From Euglena gracilis (lineage: Eukaryota), in assembly GCA_039621445.1 (NCBI GenBank), contig CP154954.1:47161847-47225846 (forward strand): a DNA stretch of 64,000 nt. The letters are read 5' to 3'. The notes beneath the pieces are model-generated. The model did no database searches. It was not told the DNA's origin and saw only the letters and a program-made list of their open reading frames with translations. Positions 20,758 to 34,600 of this stretch are shown here, one piece after another; the first letter of the stretch is position 1; each line of letters starts with the position of its first letter. A program made the translations under genes and the position numbers.

Positions 20758-23521
20758 CATACCTCCATTTAGTATGTATCACCAAATTTTTTTTACGTAT
20801 CACATGTATCACGGCCTAAAAATTAATGTATCACATTTGTATCACCAAAAAATTTTTAATGTATCACATATGTATCACCAATAAAATTATAATGTATCAC
20901 ATATGTATCACCAAAATTTTTCATAAGAATTTCCTTTTTTACATCAAAATTTCTGTTCCGCTTTTCATCCTTGTTTCTTTGCCTCTCTGCAGACAAATGG
21001 AACATTTTTCTTGTGATAATGCTTTCGGCAATGTGTTACGACTCACCAATTCGGCAATTTTTTTTTCCAATTTGTAGTCGGGATTATAGTAATTACCTCC
21101 CCCCCCCCTGGGCGCTTGGCCCCCTCCTCCTTACATGCAAACTTGGCCCCCCTAAAGTTGCCTTTTGGCCCTTTGCACATGGCCGCCAAAATTCTTAACA
21201 TGCAAACTTGGCCTCCCTGAGGTTGACCCCATGGCTTTACCTTCAATCATGGCCCGGGTCAAGCGCCCGGGAGGGGGGGAGGTAAACCCTCCCCCCAAAT
21301 AACACCCCCCAAATAACACCCCCCCCAATGATACCCCCCACACGGGGTCTGACTTCGGCCACCGAATTAATACCCCCCAAATCTCGGGCCGACGACCCAG
21401 ATTTTGACCTGAAAAGTTGGGTAAAAATAGCAGTCTCTGATAACAAATTACGAAAAATTTCGATTTTTCTTGATCATCTCGCCTCCAAAAAAAATGCTAA
21501 ATTTTATGAGAAAGCACAAAAAATGACCCCAAAGGAGGTTTTGGGTGCTATTTTTTTTGGGACTTACGGGACTTCGAAAAATTTCGAAAATTTTTGGGAA
21601 ATAATACCCCTCCTCAAGTAATGCCCCCCCCCCCCTCGGGGGACTTCGGGCGAAAAAATAATACCCCGGGTATTATTTGGGGGGGGTTTACTCTTGGCAA
21701 TGGTTCAAGGCTGTGTTTATAGCAACATGGCTTTGGTCAAAGTCTGTGTTTCTAAACACAGACTTTGACGTGCCGAAGTCCGTGTTTAGAAACACAGACT
21801 TTGACCTAAGTCTGTGTTTCTAAACACGGACTCCGACCAAGAAAACTGTGTTCACAAATACTGTGAACACAGTTTTCTTGGTCGGAGTCCGTGTTTAGAA
21901 ACACAGACTTAGGTCAAAGTCTGTGTTTCTCGGAGTATTTGGACCCTGAAACATCCCAATGATGCAGAAATAAAGGACTTTGGGGGGGGTCAATTTTTGG
22001 GCTTTGGCGCCTTCGGAGCCAAGAGAAAATGGCCCCTTTGAGGGGGGGGGGAACAAATTTGCCAAAACGGCCATTGTGAGGGAGGGGACACTTGGGGGGG
22101 GGGGTCAATTTTTGGGCTTTGGCGCCTTCGGCGCCAAGGCCACTTGGGGGGGGGGGGACAAATTTGCCAAAACGGCCATTGTGAGGGAGGGGACACTTTG
22201 GGGGGGTTAATTTTTGGGCGCCAAGAGAAAATAGCCACTTTGAGGGGGGGGACAAATTTGCCAAAACGGCAGGGAGGGGACATTTTGGGGGGTCAATTTT
22301 TGGGCTTAGGCTCATTTGGCGCCAAGAGGAAATGACCATTTTGAGGGGGGGGCCAAATTTGCCAAAAATTTTGACCATTATGAGGGGGGCACTTTGAGGA
22401 GGGTGAGGGTCTTTTTTTCTGTCCCAAGTGGCCTAGAGGGTGGCTCCCCAAAAATATCACCATACAAGGTTAGGTTAGGTAACATCTGTGCTCATCAACT
22501 TTTGGGAGCCTACCAAAGAAGTCATGGATCGTGGGTGCAGCGCCCGGAGCATTCTCATCAACATTGCAAAGTGAAGCACGCAAAATGGGGTATGCAAAAG
22601 GAAGGAGACGATGTAATCTTGTGTCATTTCTTCACATATGTTCCCATGTTTAACGGTAATGTTACCACTATTTCGAAAGGATTCTACCACCCCCCCCCCC
22701 CCTTTATTGTCCCCCCCCCCTTTATTGTCCCTGGGCCCCGGCCGACGGGGGGTTTTTTTGGCCCGGCCAATGAAATTCCTTTGGTACCCCTTTATTGTCC
22801 CCCCCCCCTTTATTGTCCGGTCGGGCCTCCTGGGGGCAGGTCGGTGGGACAATAAAGGGGGGGGGGGGTGGTAGTTCGGAAGACCACAGACGGCGGCCAA
22901 AAGCTGCCCGGCGGACACATTTTCTTATTCTGAAACCGTGTTTGGGCCGATTTCGAGACTTTAAAAGTCTTAAATCTTCGCCCAAAACACGGTTTCAAAC
23001 AAGAACAGTGTTTTGGGCCAAGGTTTTAGGGGGGCCCAAGGCGCGGTCCCCGCCCCTGGGCTCCCCCTAACTCTTGGCCCAAACACAGTTCTTGACACAG
23101 AAAAGGTTTCCGGCGTCCCAGAGCTGTGCAGCGGATCCTAATTCAGCTTCGCTTTGTCCCAAAAATCTGTCGTCAGTCTGCCGTCCGTCGTCAAGGTTGA
23201 GAAACACAGACTTTGACCAAAGCCATGTTGCTTTATAAACACAGCCTTAAATAACTGCGTTTCGAAACGCAGACTCAGGTCAGAGTCTGCGTTTAAGACG
23301 CAGTTCTTGATATGGAGGAATTGTTGTCTCGGAATCCTGGCTTCCGCGTTTTGAAGGTTCCCTTTGGAAGGAGCGGCTGAGAAGTTGCTGACAAAAAAAG
23401 ACAAAAAAATTTGTGTATCACATGTGTATCACCAAATTTTTTTTAACGTATCACATATGTATCACCAAAATTAAATTAATGTATCACAGATACGTTGTGA
23501 CTCGCACTAAATGGCGGTCTG
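20758..23521. mobile_element. Non-autonomous hAT-like element (tgtatcac family) with nested insertions
   Basis: TIR catacctccatttagt / actaaatggcggtctg; TSD gctccaag at 20750-20757 and 23522-23529; subterminal tgtatcac arrays. Confidence 0.92.
22685..22873. mobile_element. TA-flanked MITE (Tc1/mariner/pogo type)
   Basis: TA-ccacccc..tttattgtccc / gggacaataaagggg..gtgg-TA; a relative lies at about 18607-18760. Confidence 0.75.
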
Positions 23522-23825
23522 GCTCCAAGGCAACGTCTAGCCTTCTGTTGTGTTGTAGAGTGCCCCCGACCCGCCTCACTCGTTGAGGACCACCTCGGCC
23601 TCTCAACCTCTCGCCGATTTTTCATGATAGCGATTTTTGCTTCTTGCTCGGGGTTGCCACAGATGCCTTAATGGAAAACGTGCCTGACCACAGATGCCCT
23701 AACGGAAAACGTGTCGTTGCCACAAATGCCCTAATGGAAAACGTGTTCATGACCACGAATTGCAGGGCAGGCATTTGGCGGGCTGAACACGTTTTTAAAT
23801 TTTTCAAAGGAATTTTGACTATAGG

Positions 23826-24253
23826 CAGGGGGGGGGAATGCGTTTCGCATTTTTGCGCATTTTTTGCGCATTTTTTCAAATTTTCCAAAAATGCGCATTT
23901 TTTCGCATTTTTTGCGCATTTTTTCGTTTTTTTCAGCGCATTTTTTTTTTTTTTGGCACATTTTTTTGTTATTTTCTTTTTTTTTTTTTTCCAAAAATTT
24001 CGCATTTTTTGACCATTTTTGCAATTTTTTGCAAAAATTTGAAATTTTCGACTTTTTTGAAACTTACATTTTCCTCATTATTCTACATAATTTCTTCAAA
24101 TTTGGTGCCATTTTTGCATGTTTTTGGATAATTTTTGCATTTTCGTGATTTTTGCGCATTTTTTTTTTTTTGCGCATTTTTCTCGCGCATTTTTTGCACA
24201 TTTTTTGCGCATTTTTTTTTTTTTTTCCAAAATGCGCATTTTTGCGCACCCTG
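23826..24253. mobile_element. CAG...CTG element with 7-bp TSD (tgcgca family)
   Basis: ctatagg at 23819-23825 and 24254-24260; internal ttttgcgcatttt repeats. Confidence 0.8.
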
Positions 24254-24924
24254 CTATAGGTCGGTATAGGTCGGGTCGACCATGGTCGGCCCGACCTGTT
24301 TGTTACTGACCATTATGGTCGGCCCGACCATTTGGAGGTCGGGCCAACCATATGGTCGGTTGAAACGACTTCCATGGTTTTCCATTTCAGAAGCATAAAA
24401 ATCCTTGGCCAAACCCTGTGGAACATACAGATGGCTATTTACCTACCTGGGTGCACACAAAAGGAGTTTGTTGGGGGGCGCGTTTTGGCCATCCTTGCCT
24501 TGCACACACAAGGGGATTTTGTTATTTTAGGCGGGGGGGGGGCGGGCCGACTAAGTTCGTGTTTTTCATTTTTTTTTCCATATGGGATGCTTTTTGACAG
24601 TTTCAAGGTGATTCCAATGTGTTTCCATCCTTTTTGAGTCAAATTTGCCGAATCAATTTTTGAGGGGGGGCTCCGTGCGGATTTCCGGTGGTGGTTGCGG
24701 CGCAAAAAAATTTTCTGCCCGGAGCTCAAGAATGTTGATGTGGAGGTCTCGCTTGACATGGTGAAAACTGATCTGTAAAACAAACAAGAACGTTTGCACA
24801 AAAGTTCACTCCCTGCCGCCAAATACCCTTCTCGGCCATGGTCGAGAAAGTGTCAAAGAGGCTAGGCAGGGGAAGGGGCCAAAAGGAAATACATGTGGGA
24901 CACAATTTAAAAAGACAATTGCCT

Positions 24925-25172
24925 GTCAGGGTCCCGCCCGGGAAACTGTCAGGGTCCCCGGTACCGGCCAACCTGCAGTATAGGAAGTTGTCAGGGTCCC
25001 CGGTACCGGCCAACTCAGGGTCATTTTTCATTGGCTTTCCATTGACATGCCCTACCGGGGAAACTGTCAGGGTCCCGCCCGGGAAACTGTCAGGGTCCCT
25101 GGTACCGGCCAACCTGTCATGATAGGAAGTTGTCAGGGTCCCTGGTACTGGCCAACCTGTCAGGTGACAGTT
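24925..25172 (+). repeat. Degenerate tandem array of tgtcagggtccc-containing units
   Basis: About 7 occurrences of tgtcagggtccc(g/c) separated by two recurring spacer types. Confidence 0.7.
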
Positions 25173-25430
25173 TCCGGGGGGGGGGTAGCAAAATTTGGAC
25201 TAGCTGCAGTCCAGCACCCCCGGGTACTGCAATCCCTTATGCAAATGCCTGGTTGTGGAACTGGCGTCCCAAAAACGCTGGCTTAAGAAAAGGGGTGGCG
25301 GACGCTGGTTGTCGTGATGAGAAAAATCATCCATCGGTGGTTTCAAACGTTGTCATTACAGCTGTGTGACAAAAATGGCCTATTTCTTGGAGCAAACTTA
25401 GACTGTGCCTGTGAATCCATCCCTGAATAA

Positions 25431-26512
25431 TCTGATACGAAAACTGTGTCCAGAACGCCGGTTCGGGCGTGAAGCCGTGTTCTGGAACACGGCTTCACGC
25501 CCGAACCGGCGTTCTGGACACAGTTGTTGAAACCGTGGATTAGGGGCTCTGGCTTCATGCCCGAACCGGCGTTCAAGGAATAAAGGCCAATTTCGCCCTA
25601 AATACCCAGTTTCTGAACATTTTTGGGCATTTTTGGGATCCTTTGGGCTCATGGCCATGTCGATCGGCCGATTGAAGTTTTCATCCGTCTGATGCCAGGT
25701 TACCCATCAATCGAAAGGTTTTTTTTTCTTCAGAATTACGATTTGGAATTTTTTTTTGGTTGGACCACCCCTAGGTTTTTTCAGAATCACGGTTGGGAAA
25801 TTTTGGCTGGACCCCCCCAGATTTTTTCAGATTTGCAATGCCGAATTTTTGGTTGGACCCCGCTGGTTTTTTTTCCAGAATTATGGTTGGGATTTGATCC
25901 CCCCTTTTTTCAGAATTCCGGTTCAGAGATTTTGGCTGGGTTTCTTCACAAACACGGTTGAAAAAAAAATGGCTGGAGCCCCCCCCTGGGGTTTTTTCAG
26001 AAGTACGGTTGGGAAATTTTGGCTGGACCCCCCCTTCAAAATTGGTTGGACCCTGGGTTTTTCAGAATTATGGTTAGGAAATTTTAGCTCCCCTTGGGTT
26101 TTTTCAGAATTACCATTTTTGGACCCTTTTCGCAAATTCCAAAATCCACTGTTCACCTGCCATGTTGCCCCTTGATCGATAACCCTTCTCAAGGGTTTTA
26201 GATGGCCTTAGATTTCAGCCCTGCTGCATGATATTCTATTTCAGAAAATCCCCAGATTTGGCCAAATGGAAATTGTTGCACAAAATACCCCAATTTCTGG
26301 CAAATACCCCCCAAAAAGTGCTCAGATATGATTGCCTCATGTCTACAAACCATTTTGGACACTTTTTGGTACTTTTCATTTTCGGTCCCCAGGACGCCGT
26401 TTTCCCGCCCGAACCGGCGTTCTGGACACCGGTTCGGCGCAGAAATTTCTGCGCCGAACCGGCGTCCAGAACGCCGGTTCGGGCGTGAAGCCAGAGCCCC
26501 AATACACAGTTT
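25431..26512. mobile_element. Second copy of the 18442-19412 element family
   Basis: Colinear similarity including aaatccactgttcacctg and gatggccttagatttcagcc. Confidence 0.7.
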
Positions 26513-28046
26513 CAACAAAAATTGGGTGGTAAGGTGCAAAAATTATGCTCAGGGCAGAGATGTTATTTTTTGTTTTACTCGACGGAAAACATGATCACCC
26601 AAAAATATAAAGAAAAAAACGTGTTCAAAAAACGGTGTTTTGGTCGAAACCCCTGTGTTTCTTTGCAAAAAAAATCACGTCGAAAACCTGGTTGTTTCAA
26701 AACAGCTTGTCATTCTTGCTTCAGGGGGGTATATTTCTTTTCTTTCAGAGGTGGTTTTTTCGGCTCCGTGCGGATGATTGGCTATGACGATCCGGGAGGT
26801 CGTACCGACCTAGGTCGGGCCGACCGTTGGCTATGGCTTATCGACCATTGGAGGTCGGGCCGACCTGGTCGGCCCGACCTCCAATCAACCACATTACCCC
26901 CCCCCTTTTTTTGGAAATTTAAGACCCCCCCCCCTGGCCCCGAGCGGATTTCCGGTGGTGGTCGCTGTGGTGGTCGGCCCGACCAATGGTCGGGCCGACA
27001 TGTTCGACCTGTGGTGGTCGGGCCGACCTGGTCGGCCCCACCACCATTTTTTTTGCACTACCCCCCCCCCTTCTGGAAATTTAAGCCCCCCCCCCTGAAA
27101 TTTTTTTGTCCAAATCACCCCAAAACCAGTCAAAACCCACTTAAATGGCTCCAGAACCCACCAATCGGGGGTGAATATGCAAAAACTTGGGGGGGAAATG
27201 CCCATTTTGGGCCACTTTTGGCAAAAGAACACCACTCCCCATTGGATTTTCAATATAATTGCAAAATTTTGCACAAAAAGGATTTAGCCCTCCAAGTATG
27301 TTGCCAACATAGAGGGGATTTTGTTATTTGATGGGGGGGGTGCGGGGGGGGGGGCGGAGCCCCCCCCCGCCTATGAAAAAGTGAGCCACAAAAAACAACT
27401 TCTCCTTTCTCCCCCGAGCCTGTTGCCCAACTCAGAAGGGGATTTTGTTATTTGTTGACGTTCGGATGGGGTGGAGGGAGGAGTTTTTCCTGCCTCTCTC
27501 GTGATGCAAGAATGCTTGCATTTCTAAAGGATTTTCATGTAATCCCTGTTTCATCATTGTTTTTTTTTTTACTCCTCCGGGATCCCATCAAGGGTCCACC
27601 GACCCCCCACCGTCCAAATATTTCCATCTGGGGGGTGTTTCTTTATCGTATAACCGTACCCCCCCCCTTAGAAACAAAATTTTGTCTACGACCGGGTCCT
27701 GCAACCTGTGATCCGGGGGGGGAGTTTCGTACACCTCCGGACCTCATTCCGGGTGATTTTTTGGGCCCGCCACAGTGCGCAATGTTATAACCAATACCAC
27801 CAACCCACCGACCACCACCTACTTGTTGTGGACCGGGGGGGGGGGTCTTAACACCCCCCCATGAACCTGCAACCTGGGACAGGGTGGTCGTAAATGAGGG
27901 GTGGTCGTACGACTGGGGGGGGGGGGTAAGACACTTATTTGGACCCATCCGGACCATTTCCGGGTGATTTGGGCCCGCCACAGACCATGATTATAACCAC
28001 CGACCAGCCACCGACTTGTTTGCATGGGATTTTCTTCAGGGGGACT

Positions 28047-28944
28047 TAAATGTCGGCGGTACTGACCCGTTAGTACATTAGAGTGGGTAGTCAGACTACC
28101 CAATACCCCCCCACCCCGTCTCGCCGACCAGCTACCGACCATTAGTCGGCTGACTCCCCCCCCCCACCCCCCAGTCTACTGCCATGCGCCACGAAGGCCT
28201 CCTGGTCGAAGGCCGCACAGCGGCCGAGGGCCGCCGCAACGGCCGAAGGCCGCTGCAATTCAGACCAACCAGTCGGCCAACTACCCAATACCCCGCCACC
28301 CCGTCTCGCCAACTAGCTACCGACCATTAGTCAACCGACTACCCCCCCCCTGCCAATCTACCGCCATGCGCCCCGAAGGCCGCCTGGCCGAAGGCCGTGC
28401 ATCGGCCGAAGGCCGTGCATCGGCCGAAGGCCGTGCATCTGCCGAAGGCCGAAGGCCGCGCAGCGGCCGAAGGCCGCTGCAATTCAGAACTTGAAAAGTT
28501 GATGACGTTATTTAAAGGAGTAGGGTTAGGGTCAAGTTTCCATCCCTAACTGTCCCATCCCATCCCCTCAACGTCAACGTCGTTAAATTGGTGTCTGCAG
28601 GGGACCCATAAAAACATTGGGGGACCCGAGCGAGGCGCTGAGCGAGGGTCCCCCAATGTGTATTAACCCTAGTTGGGCGCCTCTTTGGGCACCACTTTTT
28701 CACGGATCAGTCACCGACCCTTCAGCTGGTCGATCGACCCTTCAACTGTTTGGTGGCAGGCTGGAAAGGGGGGCTGGTCGGCCGACTAGTCGGCTGACTA
28801 GCCAATTGGTTGGCCGACCGACGGCGCCAATTGGTCGGTTGGCCTGGTCGGCAGCTAGTCGGTGAGACAGGGGGGGGGGGGCAGTTGGCCGACTAGTCGG
28901 CGAACTACCCACTCTGTGCTACTGAGTCAACTGCCGACTTTTAA
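28047..28944. mobile_element. TTAA-flanked TIR element with gccgactagtcggc / ggccgaaggcc repeats
   Basis: ttaa-atgtcggc...gccgactt-ttaa; the left end recurs at about 39086-39190. Confidence 0.55.
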
Positions 28945-31364
28945 ACCCCCCCTGAAAGAAAACTTCGGATCGGGTGGAGGGGGGAGTTTTCTGCCTCTCG
29001 TGAGAGTCATGGCCAGTTTCCCCCTACGACCCCCCCAGGACCCACCGGGGGGCGGTACCCACTTTAGAATAACCTGAACTTGTGCTGCAAAATTTTTGCC
29101 AAAAAAAATGCGGGACCCACCAAGGACCCCCCCAGGACCCCCCCCCCCCCAGCACCCTCCGAAGGACTCCCCCAGGTCCCCCCCAGACCCCCCCCCCAGG
29201 ACCCCCCCAGGACATGGTCCTGGGGGGGGGGGAGAACTGGCCATAAGTGCATTTCCGGGTGATTTGGGGCCTTCACAGACCATTTTTATGCCCACCGACA
29301 GCCCAGACCACCCCGACCAGGGGGGGGGGGGTTTAGAAATACAAAAAGGGGGGGGGGTAGTGCAAAAAAATGGTGGTCGGCCCGACCACCACAGGTCGGT
29401 CGACCACCACCACAGGTCGGGCCGACCATGGTCGGCCCGACCAGGGCTAGCTAGTGAGAAAAAAAATTTGGGGCCCCCAAAAATGGCCAAAAAATGCCCG
29501 TTTTTTTGGCCATTTTTTGGGAATTTTTGGAACAAAATCAGCCAAAAACCTAAATTAAAAAAAAAAAAACCTCATTTTCCGTTTGTGGGTTGACCACCCC
29601 CCCCCCCCCCCGGCCCCCCCCCCCCCCGGGGGGGTCTAGCTAGTCCATTTTTTCCAGTGTCCACCCGATTGGCTAGCCAGTACCCCCCCGGGGTCCTTTA
29701 TATCAAGAACTGCGTCTCAAACGCAGACTTGGGTCAGAGTCTCAAACGCAGACTCTGACCCAAGTCTGCGTTTAAGACGCAGTTATTTAAGGCTGTGTTT
29801 ATAAAGCAACATGGCTTTGGTCAAAGTCTGTGTTTCTCAACCTCGATGACGGATGGCAGACTGACGACAGATTTTTTGGGCAAGGCGAAGCTGAATTAGG
29901 ATCCACTGTACAGATCTGGGACCGCCGGAAACCTCGGAATAAGTCCAGGTACAAACCCACCCCTCAATCAAAAGCTCTTTTCATCAGACGATTAGTCATC
30001 ACCACCAATTCAGCCCCACCGCCTGGTAGGTACTCTCATTTCATGTCATTGGGAAATCCTAATTTCACAATTCTTGTATCCCCCTGGACCCCTCAGGTCG
30101 CCGATTCGAACAGAAAAAAACGTTTCTGTGTGGTTCTCAGGCCATCGACCCCCCCCCACTCTGTACAAAACCACCCCTCATTACGACCACCCCCCGGTTC
30201 ACAGGTGAAGGTCATGGGGTGTACATCCCCCCCCCCTTGTCGTTGACACGGCGTGTCGTTGACACACCCCCCGTGTCAACGCAACTTGCCGGAAACATAT
30301 TTTTTCTTTTGCGTTGGCCACAGTTTCTGACAAATTTCAGCCAGGACGTTTCAAAAATGGGTTGAATCTTCTTTCCAGCCATGGCTTCGAATGTCATCCC
30401 CATTCGCACCGGCCACAGTGTGGCGGACATGCATTCACGGGGTCATTCATTGTTACTGGTGCGGTCGATTTTTTTTTAGGTACTGTGTCGTTGACACGGC
30501 GTGTCGTTGACACACCCCCCCGTGTCAACGACATTTTCCTGGAACATTGGCGTGTCAACGACAAGGGGGCAGACAATTGCTTAAGCGCACGTCCCACGCC
30601 CCCTCGCCTCCCCCCCAGCACTGTCCCTCCCCCGCCCCACCACCCGGGGGGGTGGGTGACTGGTTTTTTCAGAGTGACTGAGGTTTTGGGCCCGTTACCC
30701 CCTTCCCCCCCCCCCGGGCGTCGTCCAGAGTGGGGCAAAAGTGAGGTGTGGTCGTCCAGGAGTTTGGAACAAGCTGGCTTGAGTGACCCCGGCGCCGAAG
30801 GCGCCAGAAAAATTTTTTTGGCCTAAAATGGCCTAAAGTGACTGGAAAGTGGCCGTTTTTCTGAGTGGCCGACCCCCCCCCGGGGGGGGGGTAGTGACTG
30901 ACTGGCTTCCCAAAAAAAAGTGACTGACTGGTTTTTAAAAAAGTGGAGTGACCCCCCCTCCCCCCCCCCCCGGGGGTCGGTAAGCAATTGTATGCAAGGG
31001 GGGGGGAGGGATGACCCCCCCCCCCTGGTCACAGGTTGCAGGAACCCGGTCATACGACTAGGGGGGGGGTAAGCCAATCAGGACCAAAATCGCCGCAAAT
31101 TTCAACTCAGATCTGGCCGATCCGACGATCGCGAGCGTATCTCAGGCTGCGTGCAACATATGGGAACCAAGTTACCCCTCGATCGAAAGCCCTTTTCAAC
31201 AGACGGCCAGCGGTGGTCATCAGATTTTTCCATGATTACTCTTAATCCAAAACAGGGCCCATTTTCACCAAAATTGGATATCCACCCCAGTGGTCCCAAA
31301 ATGTCAAATTTCAAAAAACAAAATTCCCGTTATTACCATGTTCACAACATGCCCTGGCAAAACT

Positions 31365-31617
31365 GGTTACCTTAGCCTCCGAGGAGGCTCCTCGGAGCCT
31401 GGTTACCTTGAGCCTCCGCGGAGCCCGGTTACCTTAGGCTCCGAGGAGCCTGGTTACCTTGGAGCCTCCGCGGAGCCTGGTTACCTTGGAGCCTCCGCGG
31501 AGCCTGGTTACCTTAGGCTCCGAGGAGCCTCCGCGGAGGCTCCCCGGAGCCTGGTTACCTTGAGCCTCCGCGGAGCCTGGTTACCTTGAGGCTCCGAGGA
31601 GCCTCCTCGAAGGTAAC
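31365..31617 (+). repeat. Minisatellite, about 25-bp unit ggttacctt(g)agcctccgcggagcct
   Basis: About 9 degenerate copies. Confidence 0.85.
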
Positions 31618-34600
31618 CAAAAAGTTAGGATTCCACTTTTGCAGTAGACCCGTGCACCGCGGCAGCATTTCAGGTGTGCCACGGGTTTGCCGCGGCAAAA
31701 ATTCGATTGTGCACCGCGGAAAATTTTTTTTGCGCCGCGGCTGACTTCGCCACAGCGCATTAAATGAAAGTCTGGTCAGGGTTAAGTTATCATCTCCAAT
31801 GGTTGAAATTTTCCTCATCATTGTTGTATTTGCCTCTATTATTAGTCAACTGGCCAGTGGCTGGGGCCCCCGAAGCGGAAATTTGCTGGAGATGTGGAAT
31901 TCATAAACAAATTGATCAGAAGGAATTTTGCAAGTGTTTTTGAGTCCTGATTCATTCTTATTGAAGATTTCGGAGTTTTTTTTCCTTGAGGATTTTTTTG
32001 CCGTCTCACAGCTTGATACTCCTGATTGGAAATGCCTGAGGATTTCATGGGACATCTCTAGATCCTCTGTGCTTCCCCTCATACCTCACCATAAGTTGCA
32101 AGTTGCCTCACCCCATTGTTTGTTTGGAGATTTTTTCCCTCTGCCAATGATGCACAAAGCCCCATTTCGGAAATGGGTTGCATTTGGTCACAGATCATCT
32201 TTTTCAATAAAAGCTGAATTAATGACAGGGTGCAATTATTTGGGTGCACAGTGCATTACACACGCTGAGCCACCCGCATGCACATCCCGCGTGCCCCTGT
32301 TGAATTTGTCAATGTCCGTTGGTTTGTACAAAATTTGTGTCACCAAATTTCTCAAGCCGGAGGGGACTCTACCATACAATCTTTTTGTAACTGGCCGACC
32401 CCCCCCCCCAGGGATGGGCAAGGTCTGGCCAAAAGAGCAACAAACCGGAATTTTCCTTTGTGCTGGGTCCAGGCAATTTTGATCCGCCCCCGGGAGGATG
32501 GGGTGAAGGAAATATGTTGCAAAGATGGCTTGAATACGCGGTGCAGCGTTGTTTGTCATGCCATTTTTTTCAGAGTGGCTGACTGGTTTTTGCCCTGGAC
32601 CCCCCCCCCCGGGGGGAAACCACCAAAGTCACCTGGCATTTTTTTCTCAGGTCGTTAGTTAGGGGGGGGGGCAGGTCGGCAAAAAATTGGCCAAAGATGG
32701 TGGTACATGGCCATTTTAGGCTGTTTTTGGCCATTCTTGGTTATTTTTAGTTATTTTCAAACATCTTTGGGTATTTTTTGAAATTTTTGTTTTTCAATTT
32801 TTGGCCGCTTGTAACAATCTTGCACATTTAATCTTTCTGGGTAATTGGAATCTTTTTGGAGTTATTGGCCTTTTTGTGCCATTTTTGGGTGTTTTCGGCC
32901 ATTTTATGATGATCATCCCAACAAACTACAAAAAATAATTTGGTGCAATTTGGTGCACCTAACCTCGTGGGTGTTTTTTGTCTTTTTTATGAAAAAAATT
33001 TGTTTGTTTTTTGGGGGTGGTGCAGGTCAGGAGGAAGAATTATGAAAAAAATTTGTTTGTTTTTTGGGGGTGGTGCAGGTCAGGAGGAAGAATGCCATTT
33101 TGGAGGTAGTTGGGAGGTGGCATCCATGATGTTGCATCCCATCACGAGCAGGGTGGCATGCATCCTAAAATCGGTGATTTTTTTGGGTCCAAAAGTGGTC
33201 ATTTTTCATTTCATTTCATTTTTGGGCCATTTTGAACAAAAAAAATACTCTTTGGTTCGAAAGTGGTCATCTTTGGTTGATTTTTATGTCCGATATTGGT
33301 CTTTTTTTTCATTTTTTGAAAGGGAATTTTGTTAGGATTTTCTTGACCGTCACATTTTTTGGGATGTATTTTGGGCCATTTTCGAAAAAACGGCATGGCA
33401 AAAAGGGGGGAGGGGAAACATGAAATTTTTGTGGAAGGAAACCCCCCAAAAAAACAGAAAAGAATTGTCTTCACCCCAGCTTCCATTTGGACAACCAAAC
33501 CCCTCTTTGGCACCCAACGCACAATGCATTTTCACACCCAAAAATGGCCAAAAAATCTTGTCCCCTGAAAAGGGTGCCAAAAATTGGGGCATTTCCACAG
33601 CCAAAACAGATTTTTTGGCCATTTTTCAAAATTTGAAAAAATTACCATTTTGGGAAATTCTTTCCAACTTGCGCAATCTCCCCTTTTGCCAATGGGACAT
33701 TTTTTGGTCAAATATATACGCCAAAAAGCGCCATTGTTTGGGTCGATTTTTTTCACCTCAAATCTTGGCATTTCTTTCCATTTTTTGACCATGTCAAAGC
33801 AAATTTCCAATGGTTTCAACCAGAAAATTGATGAAAAGCGACCAAACCGCCACCTACATCAAAAAGCACATGATGAATGAAAAGAAAGGCTGAAGTGGTG
33901 AAGGTTGATGCATTGTATGAAAATCGAAGGCTCGATTCTCGGGTCACGGGGGGGGTCACAGGGGTAGCACCCCCTTTGAACGTATCTTTTTTTAAAAAAA
34001 GCGTCCAAACAATTGCCAATTATGGCTGGACCCCCCCCCCCCGGAAGGGTTGTTTCCCTGGTCGGAGACGAATATCAGTGGGTCGTTTTGCGGGGGGGGG
34101 GGTGAAGGGGATTCTTTTTCAAAAACACAAGGTGAAGGCTAGTGCTGTCCCCGGAAAAAAACAACAACCAGAAAAAAGAAAAATAATAACCCAAAAAATT
34201 TCAACCCAAAAAGCTCGAGAGCAAGCTTCAGCAAGTTCTTGCTCAACCGGTTTCTTGTTTGGGGAAGGCTTCGTTACAAGGACATGCCTTTCCATGGCGG
34301 TTCTGGAAGGATCAAAGAGGTTTGCTCATCCACACTGGCCCCAGGGTTGTATGGGAAGCTCCCCAGACATGAGGTAGGTGGTGGGGGGTCACCCCCCCGG
34401 GGGGGTACTCCCCCCAGTTTCAGAAGGGGGCCCACCCACCCACCCACCCCCCCCTCCTCTGTAGCGGCCAATAAAAATACCAAGGGCCAAGGGGCACCTG
34501 GGACCCCGGGATTTCGGCTCTCTGGCAAAAAAATTTTGCATTTTGGCAAATTTTTGCCCAGAAAGTACCCGAAAACGGCATTTTGCACCAGGCCAAAAAT

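Noticed and set aside
23622-24309. K/F/A/C-rich ORFs here and at 55120-56001
   Set aside because: They are translations of the low-complexity tgcgca element.
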